Assembly: GCF_002113885.1 (NCBI RefSeq)
Contig: NW_018485984.1
Span: forward strand, 1,398,919-1,462,918
Direction: 5' to 3'
From: Mizuhopecten yessoensis
Taxonomy: Eukaryota
Length of the DNA: 64,000 bases
In this document: piece by piece, positions 51,370 through 64,000 of the stretch
How positions within the stretch are numbered: position 1 is the first letter of the stretch
Layout of the letters: every line of letters starts with the position of its first letter
The notes under the pieces: model-generated
What the model was told of the DNA's origin: nothing
The model's database searches: none
Seen by the model: only the letters and a program-made list of their open reading frames with translations
Program-made: the position numbers and the translations under genes

Positions 51370-52090
51370 GCGTATCAATTTGTAATCGCCAAGTGAGCTA
51401 ACAGGTTGTAATTGTGGACTAGAATGTCTCGGCGGCCAAGCGTCGCCGCGCGTTGATGGACGGCTGTTCCGCGCCTTGATCAATGGGTGGGGACGTCCTC
51501 AGCATCCCGGTAATACGAGAGTTAATCACAAATAAATGAACCATCCATATTGAATCGTATTGGTCTGCTTTACTTTATTTCCGTTCTGTTGTCGTAAATC
51601 GCGTGTAAAACGACTAGGCACTAGCTCTATAGCTACCGTATTTTGGAATCAGTATTCTATTAAACTCCGGTCGTTTTCAAACATTTGTTAAAGAGTAATG
51701 TTCCCGCAATGAACAACACTGTAACACCATTGGGACGACATGAGTCGGCGCTAACGAGGTAACCATGAGCTATGATGCCAGTGCAATGATATGATATTCT
51801 GTTAGACTTGTCACATTCGGGAGCCTTTCGTCTTCACCCTTTGTAAGTAGAGCGAGCTCTGCAGTGAGGGAAGCATTGTAAATGGCTTGTAATGCGGTAA
51901 CGATGACCCTTAACGGCAGTTTGCAAACGCCATACTGACTCGGGGTAGACACTGACTCTATTTCCCTCATCATCTTATGCGTTATCTGTTTGTCCTCGAC
52001 TGAACTCTTCCTACCCAAGGACGATTTAAACACTATATACGAAGGGGTGTTACAAGCATACAGGCAATTGGCAATGACTCTCAGCATATT
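51370..52090. promoter_or_regulatory. Intronic CpG-rich island, candidate Post2 enhancer
   Basis: CpG-dense stretch at 51430-51520 with posterior-Hox site GTCGTAAA (51591-51598) and TAAT/TAAAT motifs. No credible coding frame. Confidence 0.35.
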
Positions 52091-55000
52091 TTGTCCACTC
52101 TTTAGATGACACCATACACGTGTTTGCGATCATACAACACAGCTTTTGATTAACCATATTTTTTTCTTCTAATTGTTGCACGCTGAAGATGTTGGTTATA
52201 TTCTTACACTGACGCATTTACATGTTATGACCTTGTTATCACAACCCGTTTAATATTCGATTGTTTCGCTGGGCCTATTAACCAACATTCATAAAGAGGT
52301 AAATTGTCAAGTAGCAAAGGATGGGGAGGAGGGGGATGTACTGTGACTAATCACTTGGGAGGGTAACAGTAAAGTGCAACAGAGGGCCAAAGTGAATGTG
52401 CCGTCTTGGGGATCATATTTGATGTGAAGGGGAGGGAGTCAGGTTACGTCCGAGACAGACTGCTGTCGTTACTTCCGCCTCCGCTCCTAACTTCTGACAT
52501 CTCCCAAGTATATCTTGTCAGTCTTATCTTAATTAATTAGTCCTCATTTTAAGACCAGTGAGCTATGGCCACATAACTATTCTCAGATCACATCATTACA
52601 GATATATACAGGTAAAATATCTGTTTAAAATGTAATTAATACATTTATAATGTGCGCATGTGTCTAATTTGTAATTAATAGTTGTATTTTATCATTTAAT
52701 AAAAACACTTAATTAATAGATTTATTATACGATTATGTATAAATTGTAATTAAGAGTTTCATTGTGTGCTAATGAGCCGGTCGTTAACAATACGTATGTC
52801 TTATTAGCATGATATACACTGTGACCACACGAACTTTTAAAATACTTATATAACGTCTTGGCATCGATGATAGACGTGTTCCTGACATTACACATAGATG
52901 GGTCAATGGATAATAACCATGACCTGAGCTCGGGTCCATACCAGTCAAATCGAACTTGAAAAACGAACTAGAGGTTACGCAAACGACATTGAAATAAGAA
53001 TGCTGATGTATGCATTCAAACGCATTATTGCATTATTAATAAAAAATAAAACATACATTCAAATAGGCAGTTCTTTTGGTCGACCCTTGATATCAAGCAG
53101 TTTCGAAAGTCAAGTAATAGTTTTTTCCTGAATTTCTGAGGTTCAAAATGTGTGTCGAATTGACAACCAAGATTCAAAACTCATATTGGAGAATCAAAAA
53201 GCGTTGCCAAAAGTCTAGTGAAAGCCCTGAATTGTGTATGCTTCACTTCTTCCTATTTTCTGGAGTCATCTAGATATTACAAAACAAAAAATATATATTC
53301 ATTCAGAAAACATCAACAAATGGCAATGGTACTAAATGTAGAAGAGCATGCACGTTGCTTCTTCATTTCAGCTGCATATCTGCCAAAGTGTTTGACACCG
53401 TCATGATAGAGCTGGCTTATGACACAACCACGAGAAACCCATACCATTGCATTTGTCCACACACATCGGATGTCAGCCGAACGTGATGTCACGATACTGG
53501 ACATTTATATAGACCTACCAGACTGTCATGTCCACGTCCGCCATGACAGTTCGACCTCGAGATGATCGACAGAGATCACTGTGTGACTGACAGACAGAAC
53601 ATAGGTAGTGCGATGCTTTTGAAGGAAAACATTGTGAGAAAATAGTTTTTTATGTCCGTGGGAAAAGTGGCCAAAGAATGCCCACCAAATTAGGAAACGT
53701 TCTTCTTAACCTCGGTCAAGCGATTCAAGGTGAAGGACAATTGATTGTGTTACAAGTATGACATGTTTTGGCCATGTAGACTTGTTAGTGTAAACATAGG
53801 TTTACCTCATCAAATTAGGAATGACCGGTGTCTTTTTACCAGACAGGGAAACAAACAGGCACGCTTCAAAATTCAAAGATAATCGTCTCTAATGACCAAT
53901 TATAAATATCACCAGCGACATTTATATTGAATAGGTGAAATACCACACATATTACCTAAGCATAAACATACCAAGTGTTCCCCTGTGAAGCAATGAAAGA
54001 AAAAGAAATCTTCCCTGCACCCTTGTTATGATCTATAGGAATATTATCTAGGTCTCCATCCGTTGAAAATCGAATACTCCAGTGTTTGTGTATAGTGTTG
54101 GTCGTATATCATTTCTAATTAACTTCCGGCAAAAACACATTTCTCGTAATGAGCCAGTTTTACTAATTGCTATGGATGTGAACCGGTAATCATGCGATTA
54201 TACTAGGCGATAGAATCCAACCTGTAGCTATCGTGTTATGATGCCGTCGTGTGGTCGATCCCCGTTCACCTATTGTACGTTTGTAGAAATGCAATGATTC
54301 TATGACTTCCAGTTGAGGATATTGAAACAGTGTAAGGTCTTCATAAGGTATTTATCCTAACTGTTACTTGATTCGTCCTTTACTCGTGTTACTTTCGATA
54401 GGTTTGCTTCCCTAAGAGGGTCCTAAAGGGGAAAACTCAATAACCAGCAAACAACTCAATAATAGGACACCTGCAAACACACGACTTAAGTGTTTTCACT
54501 TTTCCCATCAGTAAGGATGGTTTTCATGGATAATTGCTTTACGATGTATGAACTCCCTTGTTCTAATGAATATCGGTTAGGGACTATCGACTTTGTTCTT
54601 TGAAGTTCATATATAACCTTCATATACTGCAGAGACAAACCAGCATTTATCTGGACACTGAGTTCTTTCACATTTGATATACGTCTGGTATGCATCACAT
54701 ATCAAAGATTCTGTGAAACACTAATATTATATTCTAGCGATTCTGAATTTTCAATTTTTATCAAAAATGGCGGAAGGCGAAGGGAGCGAGACACTACATA
54801 CGGCTGTACGATAGCTAATGGTTTCTGTTCCCGTTGCATAATTGCGTGGCTCGCTGACATATCAGCACAGCCTATCTTTTGAATAATAAACATATTTATC
54901 ATTTTTATTAATAAACGCTTGAGAAATAAACGCCAACCACTGAATTTCGACAATACTAATAACCTGTCTCAAAGGGACACCAACTTCAAACGCTAAAACT

Positions 55001-58000
55001 ACGTCGATGTAATGAATCAATATCGTTTGCATGTTTGTAATTAATGAGTTGTGTACATAGAGGGGACAAGCTGTCATTTGGGGTGCGATGTTAAAGCGGT
55101 CTCTGTCCTGGACGATCATTCGGACAGATTAATGTGACAAACCTCTTCTGGACACAAGGAATGTCTAACTGGACAGGAACTGTGAGAATAAGACGTTGTG
55201 TCGCCAGTCGTGTCGATACGGCCATTCTCCGGCCACAGGCGACCATGAACTGACCAGTGTAACACATACATACTAAAATATTCGATATCCGAAAATCTTA
55301 CACAATACTGTAAATGTCTGACTATTAAGGAATTTGTAACAAACGAGCAGGGATATAGATAATCTAATGAAAAAGTCGCAAAACTGTTGAAGCCTTATAC
55401 ACGTAAGGTACCATCTCCAGTGAAAAATAGTAGGACGTAAAAATTAAATTAAATGTTTTTAATTCCAATTTTATTATTAGTTATGAAGTGCAAAACTACC
55501 ATCTAGCAGCAAATTATGTTCCAGAAAACTTTTTTTATGAATTATTATACCTTGAATAGTTATAAAGCGTATTGAAAACGTATTATGACATCAGACAGGG
55601 GTGTTCAGACTGTTTACATATACGTATCTGTTGAGAACGAAGACAACTACCCATAATGTCTTCTCTGTGTATCACTCGGTTGTTCTATTCTCATAAACCC
55701 GGTCATTTAAATATTTTGTTGTGGAGGTTGTTATAGTCACAATTGTTGTGCTTACTTAAAACTACAAACACATATATTTTCATTTAGATTGTTCAACCAC
55801 CACGTCTTGAAAGGTGCTGAAGTCAGTTTATACATATATGTAATCGGAGTTTTGTGTTATTGTTGTTGTATATACCCGGCTAACAACCGGTGTGGACGCT
55901 GAGAACTCTGTATTGATTGACATTTAAAGGTATAACCGTACAGGGAAGGGGTAGGATACCCTGTCCTACCTGATATAATGAAAAATTAATTCCTAAACGC
56001 TTTTTAAAAACATCAGTCTTCCATTAGTCGATGGTGTCAGGTCTTCATGCTAGGTTAAGTGGAATACGACGCTTACACCCCAGTGACGCAGAATAATTTG
56101 GTTAATAGAATGGCATTGACCTGACCAATACCTACTGTCACCTGCATTTTTTTCTTTTTTTTTGATTCCAGAATCATCATTCATTAAAAAAGACAGAAAA
56201 AAAAAATGAAAAAAAATATGGATATGATGATAAACGGACTGATGATGCTAAGTGACTTGTGTAAAAGCGTGTGTTTGTGCAATTTTTGATATTCAGGACA
56301 TCCCATCCCGTTTCATATCTTAACAATTAAAACAAAGGTAACTTGTTTTCCTATGAAATATTTATAAACTAACGTTCGGTTGAGTGGTGTTTAGGAAACG
56401 GCCTTTACCCTTGGCTGCCCATCAGTGGTTGTGATACTATCGCCCTGCATTACTGGTTGAGATGTGGATCAAGGTCCCTTAACAAAAATGTATGTACGAC
56501 CAACTTGTTCAGTCATACGAGTTCAATATGTCACTCATAAATCTCATCTTATTTATATTGTTAATTCCTGTCAATACAAGCCATCTTATACTGAATCAGG
56601 ACCTTAGATCAATCCATACACGTTTTCATACAATCTAAAAATCCCTATTCATTTTTTTTCGATATGACACTCCTGCCCATATAAACAACCCAATATTATC
56701 TAAATGTTGACATTTGAACATATCAATGCGACTAATGATATAAACACTATTTTCTAAAATTGAGTTTGTTTCAAACCATTTCATTTCCTCAAATTAACCT
56801 TTTTATGTATTACTGTCATTTGTCTGCGATACAAATCGTCCTGTCATTTATAATATTACGTCATAAACATATTATAGATTATTATATATTATATATTATA
56901 TAATTTATAATGACAAACGGTATGATAGCGCTACAATGACATCTTACAAACATGTGCCCGTAGGTAGATATAACATATTACCTATATATGTAATTATTCG
57001 GCCTCTAACGAGAGATCAAGTAATAGCATTCTTCTTCACTTTCAAGCTACATTAACCCTTAAAGAGCTGTATTTAATTCTCTGTCTGTTTACTAACTGTT
57101 CAATCTTATTAACAGGAGTTTGTTCGCATGATTGGTCTTTGAACAACTTACTACTACATTGGTATTGGTGAATCTACGCGGACAGAAGCTAAGTGACAGA
57201 TGAAAAATCGCCTTTTCACAATGATCTAATTGTTGGCACTCGCTGTGACGGTACAAGGTTAGCCTAACGGTTTTTCATTTCTCTTCTGGCATGTTTTTCT
57301 GAGGGAAAGTAATGCATCAATACCTCTGACAGCTACTACAAATTACCTCTGTTGTGGTCATATTGACTTTGCCCAGTAGCCGTGATCGATTTATCAAAAA
57401 AAATGGACAACGTCAAATAACAAAAAAAAAAAAAAATATTATCATTATGGCGTTTATAAAGATATACATATACCTATAGCAGGCACCTGCTATTCATGGA
57501 GACATTTATGTCTGTAAATATTTATTTATTCTCAAGGATGGTCCGAGTATATCTGTTGCTAGTTTTGTCTGGGTGGTCTTGTTAAATCTAATCCACGGGG
57601 ATAAAGACATGCTTTAAGAATAACCTGTATACTCATACAAAATTATTTAGTATAATAGAGGAGCGAGCTCATTGTAATTTACTCCATGGAATGAGAGAGA
57701 CAAATGTTTTAGAATGTGTGGAATGTTGTTGATGTTTGGTGTTTGTTCCATGTTATTGCTATTCAATTATCAAATAAAAAACAATAATTATACAGCATGT
57801 ACCCCTCCTTAATTATAGTATCTCGTCTTTCTCTGCTTTCTATAAAATGCAAGGACACTTTATTTAGATTCTGGAAACAACATTTGATTAGTTCTACTTT
57901 CTGTTTATATAACGTTAACTTGGTACTGTATAAGCTATTGTTGAAATAAATGACATTGCATATATTTGTTAGTTGTATTTTATGTATTTTGGAGAAGCCA

Positions 58001-61000
58001 TCAATCACTCAATCATTGTGATTTACATTTTGCAATGAAAATATGTTGTAACTAAATCACTCATTGATAATTACATGTTCGTTCTTTTAAAACATAGCTA
58101 TGCACATTGAAGACAAACGAAAAGTGTGTGCATATCTAATATTTCTGTATGTATGTTGAGTATTTATATACATGACTACTCTGTTCTTGTAATATTATCG
58201 AAAGTAATAAAGAGAAAAATGAGTTATGCTTGTGAACATAAAGTATCCATTGTGTTGTCACGAATATGTTTCACTACAACAATGTATACATCTATATGTT
58301 TTAGCTTAAAGGCACCCATGTATATTGTAAAATAAAGAGGGCAAATGAAAATATTGTATATAAAGAAAAATCTTAAACATTTTCATTTATTAATGATTGA
58401 AATCGAATTTTAAATCAAATCAGGTTATCTTATTAGAGAGAGTTACATATTTGTATTGTATTCTCATCTTATAATCAATTTTATTAGTAATACCACACAC
58501 GTCATACATTTGCATGGGAACTTGTCTTTATCATTTCTATTTGATTTAAGTAAAGCCGTTTAAGTATTGAGAGAGAGAGAAATGATATACTCCACATTTC
58601 GAAGTATAAATCAACTATAAAATAATAGCATCATATCTTTGAGTGAAAACAAGCACACTACAGGTATTTATAACTTATATTGTACTTCAAGAATTATATA
58701 AAAATGTATTCAATATATAGAAAAATAACCAGGTTATTGGGAAATAAGTTAGGTCAATCTTAAATAGTGTAGATGATTATAAATATGGTTAGAAACAAGC
58801 AACTGTTAGCATCATGTAGACGGTATATGTGTCACACACGTTGCTTACTGGTAGACATTAAAAGTAGCCGATACTGATGTTTAGATTATGATTTATACGG
58901 ATATCGATATGCGGACTAAGTACGACGTACGTCACGTGATTTTTACCTGACAGGTGAGAAAAACACAATTAGACATTGTCATATTTACAGCCGGCTATTG
59001 TTTAAAGATAAATGTGATGTTTAATTGACAAGGTAAAGGGTTTGGAAAACCATAAACCAAGATCTTAGGTCTGACTGAGTGTCAGGTTTACGGGGCCTCT
59101 TATGACTTGGCCAGGAAAAGTACATAGCATTATGCCTACAGTGATAATAATACACAGCTTATATATAAGAATAGGGCACACAAAAAATAAATTCGTCAAA
59201 AAAATAAATGTGCTATGTCTTGTGATGAATAAAACTATACAAACAAAATGCTCATTTAAACCGAAAAATATTCGTTATGAACAATTGAACAGTTCGGTTC
59301 AGAATAAAAATAGTTTTGTAATGAATTAAGAATTTTATAAAGGTGAAGTAGAGAGTGTATTTTTCCTATATACATCAGCATATTATTCAGCATATTATCA
59401 TATTTTCAATATTATTATGAATATGATAATATATAGATAAATATACTGCATGCTCAATATATAATTGGTATGAAACAATTGTGTTCTATGTTTGTTGTAT
59501 ATTACACTAAAACGTTTTTGTGTTGCTTGGTTACAACTAAATAAATATTATATCGGATAAAAGATATTTCGGAAATTGTGTGAAAAATAATAATAGGTTA
59601 CGGTCATTAACTATTTTAAATTCAAGGTCTTGAATGTGTTTGGTTGTTTGTAACATATCACCAACTTATTTGTATATGAATTCTGCAATTTTGCAATTTC
59701 ACTGAAGATTGATAGCAGACTAGGAAATAATGAGGCATTATCAATTAAATATTTGACTCCTTTTTGTAAACAGCAGAACAAGGGCTTTCTCTATACAATG
59801 AGTATGTAGAATAATTCGGTATGAATGAGCTGTTTTGTAGGAGCTGTCAAGTTGTATATATCTAGAGCTATACCTGTATTCATATTAATCTTTTCCTGTG
59901 TTGTCATTTATCATGTTCTAATAGCTGTAGGCAAAGTGTGGGAAATTGTATTTACTTACTTTAATCAAAGAACATTATACAGTCACAAACAAACTTCATA
60001 TGTTTACGTATGATCAGGTCTGTCTCGATCAGGAACAATCAATTCTGTTTATTATTTTATAAATAATTCTTTTTTATGTTAATGATTTAGTTGAGATTTT
60101 TGAAGACTGTTGACAAGCTTTCATCGTTTTCTCACACATCATGACAAGGCTGGCTGTGTATTGTCGTCATTAGGGTTTGACAATTACCGTCTACAGATAT
60201 TTATCACACAATTTTAATAAAATGCTCGGATTTTATTTATGTTCATAACATCTTGAATATACACTATATTTTATTTTGACGCCTCTACTGCCTAACTAAA
60301 AGTCATTTACGTATTTTATTTCATTAAAACCTGAAATTTTGCATTTGAATCTAAGCGTAACGAATAATACTGAGGCGACAGGGGTCACAACTACATGTAA
60401 AGGGTCCGCCATGTTGGCCCCTACGCGCGACAAGTCTTACAGGATGCAAAAATGATGTATTACGAGACCAGATGGTAACATAAGAATTGTACAGATCTAG
60501 TTTCCTCCGACTTTCTTAGCTGTACACAGTATCTCAAAAGTCCAAGTTTGTCATTTTTGTTCACACCAAGACATTATCAGGCATCAGGTTACAGACAAAA
60601 TCGCCAACACTGTGTAATTATAGTGAAATAAAGCGTATATTTACAGCATATTCAAAGCTACAGGCCAAGTTAACTCCATTCTCTCTACGGTGAAGTAAAG
60701 TATACGGTTTCGGGGCTGTGTTTGATATTAAGGTAAAGGGTAAGGGGGAGGGAATGGGACGGAATCCCCCTTTAAAGTAATGACAGAGAAGCTTGTCATA
60801 AAGTATTGGGTTTAGGGGACCATCTGTGAACGGGCACTTTCCTTAGCAGTTGACAATTTGAATCATCAGAGTTCAGTACTGTTATCTCAAGAAACTTGAG
60901 ATGGATATTTTTCAGAACATGTCACAGCAAAATGAAGTCAACTATAACTAGATATTGAGCATAGGGTTTAATATTGTCCTTTTTCTAATGGTTATGAAAA

Positions 61001-62078
61001 TGGTCAGGAAGAAATTTTCAAAACATAATGTGAGAAACCATTAGATATTGAGAACATTTATTATTAGTATATTTTTTGTAAAGATACCGATTATGTTTAA
61101 ATTTTGGATTAATAAATGACCACTTATTACCTAATATCCGATATGTGCATAATCGTAGAATTATCTTAAGGTATAACAAAATAAATATTAATATTTAATC
61201 ACCCTGTTCATAAGTGTCAAATAACTGATAGAATATTTGCACTAACTTAATTTCAATATCATTATGAACTATTTTGACACAATACTACCCTTTTGCGTAC
61301 ACCCTTAAGCCGACCTATTTATTATTTATCGGTATATACATTCGGTTCACCATTTTGTTGGCTTTACATCATAGTATTTTTAAACTTGGAGGAAAAAGTG
61401 CACTATCAATGTATCACACACAGAAAAGTCAGTTTAAACCGGAGTTATTTCCCTTTAAATCTGAATTGGATGATATAAACTGATGGAATATGTACCCGTT
61501 TTTCACGGTTATTATAGGACGTTTTTCGTGTAATAATTATTTTTCTATCGTCTTACTTATGGAGATAAGTTAAACAAGGAAGAGATATAATTAAATAGCT
61601 AATAATAAGTCATTTAGAAAAGTCATTACAGGCAATTCCTGCTATTTATTTGTCCGTGATATTTTTGCCTGTCTTAAGAAGAATACAATACATTTCTGCA
61701 TCTTTACTAATTGTCACGTTTCTAGGGGGATGGGGACCGTTTACAGTATCTGAAAGACGTTTGAAATATACCTGATGGACACTTCAGCAAATAAATACAG
61801 CTTTGATTTTATCAATTTTTTACAAAACCAGTTGACAATTGAGCGATAGTATAGTTTTGTGACAATAAATGTAAAGGTAACAGTAGGTGTTTTATTTAAT
61901 TTCTAAATATTGTGATTCACTGTATCCCCTGTTATGACCATATCCGGTTTCCCTCTCCATACATTGATGTTATGCTAACCCCAAAAAGCTATTTATAGCC
62001 TGCTTACTGCACTTATATTGACCATTATCTCTATTCTCAGTCCAATAATCACACATTAAAAAACAATTATATACAAAC

Positions 62079-62580
62079 CTTGATTCGGGGAATCCGAGTT
62101 GGCGCTCCTGCAGTCTATGTCCCTCCCTGGGAGAGGGGGGATACCGGGGGGCATGTCGGGATAAAAACTTCCATTCGTGTAGCCCGGGGGATGGGCAGCC
62201 TGATACATGTCGCCGTACAGAGGATAATTCCTCATGGCCGGCATGTTAAGAGGGTTCATATGATTTAACTGCATCTGTCTACAGTTGATATAGTCCGCCC
62301 CAGCACTCGTGAACGAGTTGTACGGAGATTTGGAGTTCATGGCGGAGAAGGAAGCTCCCAGTTGGAGATTACTGTATGAAGACATACTTGAACACGAGTT
62401 ATGCCCGTTGATACTTCCTGCGTCGCTTGTGTAGTTTGACCAGCCGTTCTGTCCGGATCGCCCGATGGCCGAGTCTTGACCCCCAGGACTCGAGCTGAGG
62501 ATGCTGGACACAGTCGTTGTCAGTCCGTTTGGATAGAACGGCAAGCTTGAGTGAGCTAACAGATTATTGGCAGTCTCCAT
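62079..62580 (-). CDS. Post2: Posterior Hox protein Post2, first coding exon (N-terminal S/P/N/M-rich domain, 167 codons + 1 nt)
   Basis: ORF 62056..62580 (METANNLLAHSS...SDSPNQ) is the longest ORF in the track, is GC-rich and has Hox-like low-complexity composition. The ATG is in strong context (gcgATGG) with an in-frame TGA two codons upstream. Donor CAAG|GTTTGT after 62079 is phase 1 and matches the phase of the homeobox exon acceptor (G+AA = Glu). Confidence 0.85.
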
Positions 62581-62620
62581 CGCTCAACATAACACCTGCA
62601 AAAACCAGGAAAAGACAATA
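62581..62620 (-). other. Post2: Splice acceptor in the Post2 5' UTR; the exon begins at 62595, implying an upstream non-coding exon
   Basis: Minus strand reads tattgtcttttcctggtttttgcag|gtgttatgttgagcgATG, a long pyrimidine tract plus CAG 15 nt before the start codon. Confidence 0.7.
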
Positions 62621-64000
62621 AGGGCCCAATGTTTGTAAATGTTCATAACACTGTTTAAGATAATAATGTCGTTATTCAAATGTGATTATGACAATTCAGA
62701 ATTCGTGTCCGTCATGTAATGAGAGAGTCTAATATTAAAACAGGTTGAAAATTAATTGAATGTTAATTCCTATATATATAAACATTGCATGTAAAAATTC
62801 TATGAATTTCAATCACATTTAAGGATGTTTTTTCTTGGTCTTTTTAACAAGCAAGATCCTTGGTTGCGAATTGTATTAATATACAAAACACTTACAGGAG
62901 TATTATATTATAATAGCTGTATATATACATACATCAACTTCAAGAGAAAAGAACGTCTTGTCAAAGAGGCGATGCAAAAAATACTATAACCTATATGGCC
63001 ACGAACAGAAGGCATACACGAACTTATCCAGTACATTTTGTGACCTGGCCATATTTTTATCACTGGTTGTCTTATAGTAGAAAGATAATAGATCGATTTC
63101 GAAAACACGTGTAATATAATATGAAAATAAATTAAAAAAAGACAATAAAAGAAACGACACAATTGTCATCCGGATAAAATCTTACAACTCCTCCCATAAA
63201 GTCTGGAGCGAAATGTCACACTGGAATCAGTTTACGGATGGAAGGTTACTAAAAACCTTATTATGAAATATAACGTTTACTGTATATATATATATATAAA
63301 TAAATATTATATGTAAATCCCAGAAGTGTAAATATCCTATATCACGTTCGGATATGGATGGCTTAGGTTTTATACCGAGTTAAATGTCAAATCAATCAAA
63401 GGGATCTGATCGGCACAGTTGTTTGTTGAATTCTTGTTTTATTAGAGAACTTCCATAAATATTTAATAACTTCTACGTTAAACGCTGTGGAAAAAAATCG
63501 TTATGTACTTTTCCGCTTTTTTACACATTCAGGTATTCTCCTTTTCAAGGTTGTTTTGAAGGAACGCCTGTTATATCGAATAATGAATTATGAATATCAA
63601 TCATCATTTGAAATGTGCGTTTTGTAAAGAATTTAACTTTCGACAAACTCATCAGATATTAAAATAAAAATGATCACAGAATGAATTTGATCGAAATCAA
63701 AACTACACACGGTAAGATGGTCAGGATTTATAGACATGCATAACATCTCATTTATCATGTGTTTTAGTTGTTTAAACGACGATGATAGAACATGTCTGTG
63801 GTCAAGAAATGATTTCTTTTATTCAAATGTATTTGGAGAAATATTCATCGAGCACGTCAAAACTTATAGAAGAATATTTACGCAAGAATGGCGGCGTATG
63901 AAAGATTGCATTAATTTTACATGAGCCTTTTGTGAGACCACATTACGACAAACTATACACACTGCTATACGATACCCTATACTTTTATAAATATTTACAT

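Larger units (their letters stand above)
44806..62078 (-). other. Post2: Post2 intron (~17.3 kb, GT-AG, phase 1)
   Basis: Canonical donor and acceptor join the two ORFs in frame (...[16 protein letters not shown]...). Small extra exons inside cannot be excluded, and the intron contains an 11-N gap. Confidence 0.75.

Noticed and set aside
51392-51404. 13-bp identity (AGTGAGCTAACAG) with Post2 exon 1 at ~62550
   Set aside because: Matches of this length are expected by chance in a 64-kb self-comparison.
62080-62268. Antisense ORF overlapping Post2 exon 1
   Set aside because: Shadow ORF of GC-rich coding sequence with no independent support.

Overview
AT-rich eukaryotic genomic DNA from a lophotrochozoan, most likely a bivalve mollusc (inferred from the Post2 protein and the repeat types). 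The only well-supported protein-coding gene is the posterior Hox gene Post2 on the minus strand. It has an N-terminal coding exon (62580-62079), a ~17.3 kb phase-1 intron and a homeobox exon (44805-44525), giving ~260 aa. A splice acceptor 15 nt before the ATG implies an upstream non-coding exon, and the 3' UTR is probably ~2.4 kb. The other ~42 kb lies downstream of Post2, where Lox2 would be expected further left if the cluster is intact. It holds a ~4.6 kb 39-bp satellite whose leader is duplicated inside the array, several minisatellites, a CORE-type tRNA SINE and several MITEs. It also holds three copies of an unusual repeat with an internal tRNA-like module and a conserved upstream region, several GC-richer islands with Pbx/Meis, TCF and Cdx/posterior-Hox motifs, and a few low-confidence decayed exon-like fragments. 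No rRNA, intact tRNA, CRISPR array or recognisable Hox-cluster miRNA was found. Most ORFs in the supplied track are spurious.
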